This document shows positions 38,701-50,700 of a stretch of DNA of 64,000 nucleotides, in pieces (position 1 is the first letter of the stretch; every line of letters starts with the position of its first letter). A model generated the notes under the pieces. That model saw only the letters and a program-made list of their open reading frames with translations. It did no database searches and was not told the origin of the DNA. The stretch spans positions 64,170,001-64,234,000 of the forward strand of contig NC_082714.1 in the NCBI RefSeq assembly GCF_030144855.1. The letters are read 5' to 3'. The DNA comes from Hypanus sabinus (taxonomy: Eukaryota). Made by a program: the position numbers and the translations under genes.

Positions 38701-41700
38701 GCTCAGCAGAAGACAAGCTCTGTTGTGGCCGCTGGTAGACTTTTCAGCAGCACTCAATGGATTCGGGCCTCAAGCTGCAGCATATTCTGCGTCATTGTAT
38801 TTTTAGTGATATTCTATATGGGTTTATTTACTTTGGGGGGGGGGGGGGGATAGGGAGAGGAGGTGGGCCCCAGGACTCTTACTACATGATTGTGATCTTG
38901 TATGTGCTTACAGTATATGACCTTTGGTAATATGTCTTTGCACCTTGACCCCAGAGTAATGCTGTTCTGTTTGGCTGTAATCATGCATGGTTAAAATGAC
39001 TATTAAACTTGAAATGAAATGAATTGTAACTGCCTCTACTACCTCCTCTGGCAGCTTGTTCCATATATGCAGCACTATCTATGCAAACATTTATCCTTCA
39101 GGTCTCTTTTAAACACAGAAGGAAATGTTGTCACAATCCACAGAATCATAGGAATGCACAGAATACCGTGTACATACCTTGTTCAGTCATTTAGGTGATG
39201 GATTCAAAACCCCACCACAAATCTGAGTAAATTACCTAAGCTAACACTTCAATGCAGTACAAAGAAAATATAACAGTACTGAACTTCCTACCTTCAAAAT
39301 AGGTATTAAATTAAAGCCCCATCTTACTCTCAAATATGAGCCCCATCTTACTCTCAATTTTGGTAAAGCACTGGGGAATGTTTATCCCTCAGCTGCATCA
39401 CTCAAAACACAAGTTTACCTAGTTTTAATCACAGTGCTGCATGTCAAAACTTGTTCATATAGAAGTGCTTCAAACAGCATTTGAGTAACTGGATGCTGTT
39501 CTTGGATGACCCAAGATCATGAAGCCATTATATACAGTACCTTGTAAAAGTATTCAGCTCTCAAGCTTTGTTTATATAAATTGATCAAAATTCCTGGCTG
39601 TAATACTCATTTAGCTGAGAATTTTTATTTATGTATCACATGCTCTGTACTCCCCTCCCCCAAAAGAAAAGCCCAAAAAACAGGGAGAATTGTAAATCAA
39701 ACACGGAAACATCAGCAGCTCAAAAGTATTCAACCCTCCTTTGCTCAGTACTTAGCTGAACCACCTCTCAGCTATTACAGCTGCTAGTCTTTTTGGATTA
39801 GTTTTTTACAGCTTTGCACAACACGATGAAGCAAGATTTGCCCATTCCTCCTTGCAAAATTGCTCAAGCTGTGCCAGGGTAGTTGGGGAACGGCAGTGGA
39901 CAGCAATCTTGAGGTCTTGGCAAAGATGTTCAATCAGGTTAATGTCAGGACTCTGATTGGTCCACTTAAGGACATTAATTTTCTTCATTTGAAGCCACTC
40001 CACGATTGCCCTGGCAGTGCAATTGTGTTGTCTTGCTGAAGGATGAACCTCCTCCACGGTTTTCTGGCAGAGGCTAGCAGGTTTTTATCCAGTATCTCTC
40101 TGTATTTAGCAGTATTCATCTTCCCATCAATCCTGACCAGATTTCCAGTCCCTGCTGCTGAAAAGCATTCCCAGAGCATGTTGCTACCTCCCCCACACAT
40201 TACAGTAGGAATGATGTTACCTGGCTGATAAACAGTATTAGATTTACGCCACACATACTGCTATTGTTGAGGCCAAAAGGTTGTACTTTAGTCTCATCCC
40301 ACTTCAGTATTTTTCCACATCTTTATAGTATCTTCTAAGTGATGCTTTGCAAAGCCTTTATGGACAAGAATATTCTCTTTTTTCTAGCCACGGCTTCTAC
40401 CGTGCCATTCATCCATAAACACCCTTTTAGTTCAAGTCCTTAGAGATTATGGAACCACGATCATCATCACCAGTTACAGCCACTGAATTCTGAAGCTCAC
40501 AGTAGCCTCTCCTACAAATAAATACTCTTTCATCTTCATTTTGGTTTGAACTGTTGAAAATCTACAACACTGATGGACCTTACAGAGAGAGGGGTAGTTA
40601 TTCTTATGAATTCATTGCAAACAGGTGATCCTCCAATTTTCTACATCAACAAATTGAGTGAGTTGGTAAGGAAATAGTAAATATTGTATGGTAATTACAA
40701 AGGGGGTAAATACTTACTCAGCCTCATAATTTTGTTTTTTAATTTATAGTAAATTGTTGACAGGTTTTGGAATGTTTCTTTTGATTTGACATGTTGTACA
40801 ATGTTTTGTAGATTAGGTTAAGAAATCTGACCAATATATTTTGAGTTTAGAAATGAGACAGTAAAATGCAAATATGGTTCCGGGGGCTGAATACTTTTTC
40901 AAGGCACTGTATATTCTGAAATTTTGTTGAATTTAAGTATTAAGTCTACTGAGGCATTAAAGCATCACCAATTAAATGCAAATACTATTTTATGATATGG
41001 AGCATTTAATCCACTCCAGTTTGCTTTTACCTTTCAAAATTCAAACACAATGTTATCTGATCACAGCTCGTCAGATGATTACAGTAAGTACACACCTTCC
41101 GAGATGAAAGTTCAAAGTACATTTATTATCAAAGTATGTACAAATTATACAATCTTGAAATTCGTCTACTGACAGGCAGCCACAAAACAAGAAACCTGAA
41201 AAGAACATTAACAAAAAGACCAACAAACACAATGCAGAGAGAGAGAGAGAGAAAAAAAACATAAATAGTGCAAACAATAAAAGCAAGCAACAGCATTCAG
41301 AATGAAAATGAGTCCGTAGATATTAAGGCTGGAGCAGGCCCACAGCCTCAGCCCCAGTTCATCATAGAGCCAAGCAAAATGTCACAGAGCTTGCTCCCGG
41401 AGCAGGCCCTCAGCCTCAGCCCCAGTTCATCACACAGCCAAGCAAAATGTTGCAGAGCACACTCCCAGAGCAGGCCCACAGCCTCAGCGTTGGCACAGCG
41501 GTGAGCAGAGTAAATGTTGTGGAGCAGCAAGCAGAACCATTACAACCCTCACCCTTGGTTCAGACCCCTGCCTTTTCAATTCCTCTGGCCCAGCGGTTAA
41601 ATTGTCCAAACACTGGGTCATTCCACACTCTGAGACTCGGGCCCTGTGCATTGATACGCCGTGGGACTGGACCATGTTCTATACTGTGCTAGACCTTTCC

Positions 41701-44700
41701 AAAGTGGCCTGGTGTTTAGATCGATCAGGCTCCTGGTTTAGGTGGAAGGGCTCCAAAATTCATCCACTTCGATTTTTCTCTGCTTCGTCTGCCCCGACAT
41801 TGTCTCCACAAATGTCCCTCTAATTTCTATTCACCAGTGTGAGCATCGTGCCTTCCCAGGGAACCCCGACAGAGCGAGGGTACCCAGGCTCCCCAACCCG
41901 GGAGACACGGCAGAGGACATCACTCACCTCCATTGTGACCCGCACAGGGGAACCCCAGACGCCGTAGCCGTGGGCAGATGCCACCACCAGAGGAACAGGG
42001 AGACGGTACCAGCCACCTGGAGCCTTACCTGCACAAGACAAACTTGCTCCATGGCACAATGGCTGGAGCCCCACCAAGACAGCGATTCACCTTGCCCTGG
42101 CATTGAGGGAGATGTCCTGCAGGCCGTCCTCAACCTAACGCCGGTGGAGCAGCGTGACTACAGGGCCTTCGTAGTAGCGCTGAGCGGCGTTTTGAGCAGA
42201 GGCCGTTGGCGGAAGCAATGAGGGAAGAACTGTGCAGCAGACGGCACCGTACGGGAGAAAGCTCAAGGGCGCTTGCAGCAGATCTCCACCACTGTGCTTG
42301 GCATGGCTACCCCAAGTTCCCTCCTACAGCCCAGGAAGAGCTCGCCCTCCACACCTTTGTAAAGGTGCTGATGCTGGAGCGCCCTCAGCAGCACGCCTGC
42401 CTGACATCACCATCATCGCGAAATGAGGTGCTGGCCAAGGCAGAGAGAGCAGAAGCAATTTTAGCCCCCGAAAGACTACCAGGATCAAAGCCTTGGCTTG
42501 TGTCACTGAGGCAGAGGAGGAAACTGACAAGGAGCAGCCTGTGAGACAGGTCCGACCAGCACCATGCCAACCCCACCACAGGCCACGAAATGATCTATGT
42601 TATCGGTGCACTGAGGCAGGTGTTACCGGCATCACTCCACAGCTCAGAGCAGCTATTGGGAAACACCGAGCAGGCAACGCCACCTGAGACCTCCAGCAGA
42701 ACTCCTCCATTGTCACCCCTCTGGGTGTGCCGTCTAGGTGAAGAGCAAGGCTTATACATGGACTACATGGTGGAGGGCGTCAGATGCCGTGCGTTGGTGG
42801 ACACATGGTCAACCATCACAATCATCTGTCCCGGTGTTCTCCCAAACATGGACCAGTCAACCCCGCCTGGGTGGACAACAGCGGTCCAGCTCACTACGGT
42901 CACCAGCGATTGTGTGGCGATGGGAGGGAAGAGGAGGATGTGTGATGCAGTGGGGAAAATCACAATGGAGCAGGAGGTGTGGTTCACCGACACTTGAGAG
43001 TCCTGCATCCCTGGCATGGACCTGCTGTCCCACTGGGGGCCCTGTGTTGAGTGTTGAGGTCAACACTCTACCAGGGTACAAATGCTGTGGCTCTCCAGCA
43101 GGACAGCTCCAGCAAGCGGTCCCAGCAGGAGCAGCAACAACCACCGGTTTCACAGCGGCCCAGTGCAACACAGCTGAACCAGGGTGAGTGGCGGTGACAG
43201 CCAGCAATGACCTCGAGCAGGTGAGTGATTCTGCGCTGGCTCTGGTGTGGGGACGGCTGAGTGGGCAGAGATCTCCACCCTGGATCCAGAGACCAATGCC
43301 TAACTCTCGCAGTGGGGAATGCTGAAGGTGTGTAACAGGTTGCTTTTCCAGCAGTGGCAGTTGTCTGATGGTGGTCCACCAGAGGCTCCACGCCATGGTG
43401 CTGTGTTCGGTGCACGGGCTGCTGGGGCCAGCCATCTTGGAGTTGCAAAGACACTGGGCAGGCTGTGCGAACGCTTCTACTGGCCTGGGTACAGGCAGGA
43501 TGTGGAGCTGTTCTTGCACTGCTGTGACACTTGTACGCCCCAGAAAAGGCTGGGCCAACAGCCTGGGGTGCTAATGCAGCAGTAAATGGTGGGGGCCCAG
43601 TATGGGTCTACTGCCCCTCCTGGAAGAAGGGCCAACCGCATCTCCTTGGAAGCTGTGGAAGGGGCTGGGAGAGGTGCTCGATCACATCTCCCATATGGTA
43701 TATCGGATGCAGTTGCCTGAGTGGCGGAAGGCAGTCGTGCTGCACCGAGACTGGCTGGTACCAAGTCAGCCCTCGGCCACCACTGACCCAGCAAGGCTGG
43801 GGGAAGGAAGTAACACTCTGGATGCCCTTCCTCTTGCCTCACGCAAACAGGCTGCGGTGTCAACACCCACCTGGACTTTTGAACTTTGTTATGGACTCCG
43901 GGTTGCGGGCAGTGTGACGCTCTTGGGGGGGGGGGGTGCATGGTCGACAGCCAGCCCTGTATTTCTAATGACCTGCACTGTTTATTGTTCTGTTGTTAAA
44001 ATGCTTTTGTGGGATTATGGTGGGAAGTTCCAGTTCATTTATTGTTACATTTTAGCTTGGGTTATAGTTATTCACTTGTGTATTTGTGAGTCACCCTAAC
44101 TGTAAACTGAGTCGTGTGACGGTCACATCCTCTAACTGTACGAGACTGATTGGGTTCACTTTCTGAGTCATGGTTCCCCATCTGTTTTGTGTTTATCACA
44201 ATAAAACATTTGTTGAATTCAACAAGCTTCCTCATCGGTCATTAAGGACCAAATGCTCACCATAGAATAAATAAGCCAGTTCTAAAATCTGCAGACAAAT
44301 CATCACAAACTCATTGCTATCAACACTGTCTGCATCAGAAAATGGAAAAGGAAATGTCATTGTGTATAATCATAAAATATACTTACCATGCCAACGAGGT
44401 AGAGGGTGACATTCTTTTGTGCACAGCTTAAATTCCTTTGAGCTAGTAGCAAACAATGTGTGATGCGCACCTTAGAAGTCCCAACCACGTCTCTCCCTCG
44501 CTCTGACCACTTCTCAAACATGCCTCTACCTCTTTCCAAATCATTCTTGAATCCACATGCCTCGACCCTCAAGTCAGCCTCGGCTTCACTCACCTCTTCA
44601 CTGTTTATGGTGATTGCTTACAACATTTCCACTATGGAAAATTGTGATTAATAAAGTAAAGAAGTATTTCTTGCGTAAGGAACTGCCAGTAAATTGTCGC

Positions 44701-47700
44701 CCATCTTCAGTGGTGTCATCTTAAACCAGAAGTATCTGTCTAAGCACATCCTATTTGCCTGAATTTGGCCGGTGTCCATCTCAGCCTCCATATTCATTTC
44801 TTCCACCAGTTTCTAAAACGATGCTCTTCTACTTTAAGTTTTTCTTCAAAAATGAGATAGGCTAAGGGACCTTTGTCCGCATTGTAACATTCAATTAAAA
44901 AAATGTTAGCACCCCTGTGATTCACCAAGCTTACCTGCTGCAGTGCCAAGGAAGTCATCTTACAGACACTGCTGAACAGGGGCAGTTTGGGAAGATCCCG
45001 CAGCAGCCACTGATATCCAGGGAGCGGCTCACTATCACTTGAGTCCTCTTCTATCATCTGGTCTCGCTCATCTGCATCCCGCAGACTGCTCTCAGAGTCG
45101 GTCAGTACCAGAGACAATCCCTGCAGTGAAGAAGGACGAATGTTTGTGTCACATGAGAAGCCCTTTGAAAGTGACATCAAAAATGTTATTAAGTCTGTAA
45201 TATCAATGCAGAAGGATAATGGACCCATTTCTCAGCACCCCCTCGGCACCCCTTCCCACGTGACATCATGAAACTCATGAGTCACTTATTATTATCAGCT
45301 GGTAGGTGAGACAAATGGTGTGAAGTCTGTGTGAGAAACACAAACATCAGCACCCTCTCATCACTGCCAAGTAATCCACTGATACTGCCTACCTGGGCTC
45401 CTTCTCACCTATTCGTCATGCTTACTTCCAGTAAATGGCACTATGTGCAGGAAGCAGTTCCAGGTAACAAGTATTTGGAACATTGCTGTGTAAAACTCAA
45501 ACCAGCTCTCGCACTACTAAATTGGCATTTCCCCAAAATGTGACACTGCCATCTCCCAGATCATTGCGTTCCAACATCTGAGGTGTCATCATTAGCAGAA
45601 ATTTGGTAAAATACCAACCATAAAAATACCTTGGCCACATGAGCTGCACAAAGCCAGAGCATCATTCATGATTGATTTAACTCCTGACACCAAATCCCTT
45701 CCATGAGGCACAAGCCAAGAGCATGTTGAATATTGCAGAGGTGGGTACAGCTTCTGAAACTCTCACTTCAGATTCAGTTTATTATCATTTAGAAACCACA
45801 AATGTAATGCAGTTAAAAAAATGAGACAACGTTCCTCCAGAATGATATCACAAAAGCACATGACAAAACAGACTACACCAGAAAATCCACATAACATTTG
45901 GCAATCCCCAATCCAGAGTCCGGAGAGGCTGCTGCATATTAATATCGCGCTACCTTCTTAACGCATTCCCCAGAAAGGAGCTCCAAATCCCCCAGACAAA
46001 ACAAGACCAAAAACTAAAGCTACAAGACCTGCATAAAACCACATAGTTACAACAGTGCAAACAATAGCATAATTGATAAAAAAACAGACTATGGGCACAG
46101 TAAAAATAGTCCAAAGATGTTAAAAGACTATAAGTTCAAAAGAAACCACCACACAGTTTCCACAAGTCCTCAGGGTCCCGACAGACTCGCCATCCCACGC
46201 AGGCGGCAGAAGGGAATAACCCTGCTATGGACTTCCACGGCGCCGCCCGACTCAGCCTCGCAGACACAGCACACAATGAAAGCTCCGTTGAACCCAGCCT
46301 CGCAGATACAACACACACTGAAAGCGACCGGACCGCAGCGGACTCCGAGTCCGTCGAACCTCCGAGCCTCCGACCATCCCCTCCAGCACAGCTTCTCCGA
46401 GCACCATCCTCTGCCGAGCGTATTAAGATGCCCCCGCCAACGGCCATTGGCAACGCGTCCCCGAGGACTGGAGCCTGTTCTTCCCAGCAGAGACTCGGAT
46501 CTCACAGCAGCAGCAGCAGCAACGAAGAAAGTCTTCCTGGAGATTTCCAGATGTTCCTCCGTGTTCCCACGTCAGCTTTTCATCTAATTATGATTGCGCA
46601 CAACACCGCACTTCACAAATAACAGATAATCAGCTCCGGAGTGGCCGCTGCAAGCTGTGTCGCACTGCCATCTTGAATGAACCATCATCAGCGGTTATAT
46701 AATGAGAGGCATTGACTGTGTGGATATCTAGAGGCTTTTTTCCCCAGGACTGAAAAAGAAGCACAAGAGCTTCACAAAAGCTAGCACAAGGGAGCACAGT
46801 TTTAAGGTGCTTGGAAGTAAGAACAGACGAGATGTCAGGGGGTAAATTTTCTTACACAGAGAGTGGTGAATGTGTGGAATGGGCTGCCAGCTGCGGTGAT
46901 GGAGGCAGAAATGATTGGGTCTTTTAAGAGAGTCCTGGATGGGTACATGGAGCTTAGAAAAGTAGAGGGCTATGGGTAAGCCTAGGTAGTACTAAGGTAA
47001 GGATATGTTCAGCACAGCTTTGTGGGCTGAAGGGCCTGCATTGTGCTGTAGGTTTACTATGTTTCTATCATTCAGGTTAAAAGAAAGGCTACTTCACCAC
47101 CAGCAACTCACCAATCATTACTTCGACTATCTCAGAGGACAAGGACAGAAGAGAGGTTGGAATAGCACTACTTGCAAGTTCCCTTCAAGATCACACTGTA
47201 ACCTGCCTAGAAACATGCCCCTCCCTGTTCCTTCAGCATTACTTGGTCAACATCCTTGATCTTTCTATTCAACAGAAGAAAATAGGGATGTCCCACCCTC
47301 TCCTATCAGCACCACCTATCTGATATCCATCATCTGCAGCTCTTTATTCATTTCATTTATCACTGCCAGCTTCAGGCACCATTCCCACTGTCACCCTTCA
47401 TCCATTAGAGAACTTATTAGCCCTTCTCAGCTGGAACCACTTACTGCCTCCCAGCTCTTGCTCCACCAATTCTCTCCACCTTCATCCCAGTCCTGATAAA
47501 GGGTCTTGATCTAAATAATCGATTGTCCATTTCTAAATATAGCTGCTGCCTGAACTGATGAGTTTCTCCAATTTTCTGGGTGTTGCACAAGAAAATCAGA
47601 GCAGCAGTAGTTTAGCAGACCCCTCAAGCCTACCATACTATTTAATATGAACATGGATGATCTATGCAAACCTCAACTTCACTTCCACGCCTGCAACCCA

Positions 47701-50700
47701 AAACCTTCAGTTCCTCACTACTTCAAATATTATATTAACCTTCACCTTAAGTATTTCTAATGATCACGTCTCCATCACCCTGTGATGTAGAGAATTCCAG
47801 GGATTCATTACTCTCTGAGAAATTTCAAAGCGCCTTAATCTGAAATGACAATCCTCTTACATTGTAAATACATCCTCTTGTGACTCTTCCTTTAGTGAAA
47901 CCCAGTATCATTGACAGAATCCTCTTAGTACAAGAATTATAGAGGTTCATGAAAGCACCTCACCACGGACTTCTTAAAAGGTAAGAAGGCTGGCTTAACA
48001 GTGATGCATCCTCCAGGAAGACCACAACCTTGTCGTAGGGTTGGGAGGTTTGCATGTCTCAATGATCTGGACAACTATGTTGGCTGGAGTCAGGGCTTTG
48101 TAATTTTACTCTTGGTAGGGTCAGCAATGCCAAACAAGTCAAAAGGTAGAGGCCAGACTAAGAGTGGTCCACCAGTCCTCCAGGTTCGGGAGTTCAGCTC
48201 AGGGCTACAACAACCTGACTGTTGCGGAAACAGCATAAAAAGCTGCCCTAAAGACCAGCAGCTAAACAGGTATTTGGTGGCAGTGCTAGCAGTGATGCAT
48301 GTAAAATTGTTACAATAAAAGTGGGTCACTTTCACAAAGATAGAAAGTAAATTTAAAAGATACACAGACCCCTCCAACATACCTTCATGGCTAGAACACG
48401 AGAGGCGACTTGTGGAGAGCTAAGGCGTCTCAGAAAGTAATCCAGTACTTCACAGGTCGTTTGTTCATCAGCTTTGGTACCCAACAGGAGGTCCTGCAGA
48501 CGGCCCAGAAGCTGCCGTTGTTTCTGTTGTCTCTGTAACCCGGAGAAAAGCAGAGGTCAAATAAGGAAGCAAACTGTCCTACTCCAAGTGCTTCAGAGGT
48601 TTAGTCAACACTCCCAGTGCTGCCAATGAGATGATGCTGCTTAGTCACAACTGGTGTCTTGCAGATGACACCAAGTTGACAGGGTTGAGCACAGGAAAAA
48701 CAAACACAAACACAAGAAAATCTGCAGATGCTGGAAATCCAAAGCGACAAAGTTGGACTGGTTTCCCTGGAACAAAGGAAACTGAGGTGACCTCACAGGT
48801 TTATAAAATCATTGGGGCACTGATATTGCAGGTTAGATAGTTGCAGTCTTTTTGCCCCAGGGTAAAGGAGACTAAACTTAGGAGGCACAGTTATAAGGTG
48901 AGGGAGGAAAAATTTAAAGGAGACTGAGGGGTATGCTTTTCCCACACAAAGGATGGAATGAACTGCTGGAAAAGGTGATAGAGGCAGGTACAATGACGTC
49001 AAAATCTAAAGACATTGGGAGAGAAATAGATATGAAGACAGAAATAGATATTGGGTACATAGATAAAAAATAGAGGGATATGGGGCAAACACAGACAAAT
49101 AATAGATAAGCATCTTGGTTGGCATGGATGAGCTGGGCTAAATATCCCTAACTCCATGACTCTATAATCACAGTTAAATAAAATGGTCCCCATGAAATCT
49201 TCCCCTTTCTCCTGAAAGAGACAGCTATACCACTGAGGGATACCACACACAAACAGGTCTTTCAAACCAGCAGGCTGGTGAGGACCATCAACCACCTTCC
49301 TATACTAATCCCATTTTTTAAAACATCCTCATCAATTCCAGTATGATCACATCACTCACCCACATGAGGTGTACTTTACAGAGGTCAATCCACACAGCTT
49401 TGGAATGTGGGAGGAAATAGGAGCACATGGTACAGTCACAGTGAGAACATCCATTCTCCATCCAGACAGCAGCAGAGGGCCGGAGTGAATCCAGCTCTCT
49501 GCCACTATGCCGCCCATTCGGACTCAACTACTACTCCAGGTGCCAGTGAAAAATCCAAGCTCACCATACCAGTACTAGAAGTAACAACTTTTAGATCAAA
49601 TATTAAGCCAAGGCTAAAGTAAATACAAAAGATCTCACAGCTGTTTTAAGATCAAGAGATTCCAGCCTAGATATTAATTTCTGTCACATTCCCAGTTTGG
49701 AATCTAGCCATGTGGAAGTTCAGTGTTGAAACTGATAAAATGCACAACTGTATTTCAACAATCTCTCTCACAGCTGTTATGGGATAGCCCAACTGAAACA
49801 AGTACAAAATTCATTGCATTTACCTACACAGATACTCCAGAAGCATCTTTCAAATCAGACTTCGCCTGCATGAAGGGTGAGGGCTTCAGACTGAATTTCC
49901 CTAACACCCTTAAAAAACATCACCATTGCTTCACTGTCACTGGGTCTATTTCCTCCCACTCTCTGCTGGACAGCACAGGAGTACCGCAGCTGCTCGACAA
50001 GGTGGCTGGCTTATCACCACCGACTCAATGGCTATTATGGTTAGACAATATAGACCTTGGCAGCAAAGCCTAGATCCCAAATTAAAATAAGTAATAAATA
50101 AAAACAGCATTTGCTGGGTAAGGATAAGACATTTTTCAGCCATTTACAAATGCCCATATATACATGCGCTACTGCCCCAGTTGGGTAGATACCTGTCGTT
50201 TCTTGGCCCGCTGTTCTTTGCTTTCTCCCTCATCTTCCTCCTCCGTGGAGGCCACCTCGTCAGCTGCATCATGAAGCAGAAATTCACATAGGCATTGGAC
50301 AGGCAGCACATCCAAGGACCCTTCACTAGACTGTACCAGATCTGCTAACCAGGGCATGGATTGAGACGAAGCCTGGAGGAAAAGGCAGGTTAGGATGAAA
50401 AAACATAATTAACAGTCAATTTTCATTTAATTTTTTGATTAATATAAAATATAATAAATGGAAGAAGGCTCTATAACCAAGTAATACAAGTTTAAGATAA
50501 CTGGCAAAGAGAAGCATAGAAACTAAGCTTACCCGTTTGTCTTCATTTGGTTCATATCCTCCTGAACCTTTCCTATCCATGTATCTGACTAAATACTTTT
50601 TTTAAAAAATATCACAGTAACACTTCTTTTCACTTAGCACCTTATAATCAAAAATGTCCTATCTGAAATAAAAATGATGGAAATAGATTCATTCAAAGAT

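Noticed and set aside
39315-39357. 19-bp direct repeat with 24-nt period
   Set aside because: Small slippage duplication in a SINE remnant; no functional signal
41332-41489. CRISPR-like regularly spaced repeats
   Set aside because: Intervening sequences are homologous to each other; vertebrate intron with no cas genes
42857-43941. Long minus-strand ORFs (233 aa, 154 aa) as novel genes
   Set aside because: Antisense shadows of GC-rich Gypsy sequence
46117-46622. Overlapping 105-156 aa ORFs on both strands
   Set aside because: Low-complexity products of a GC-rich repeat; no recognisable domain
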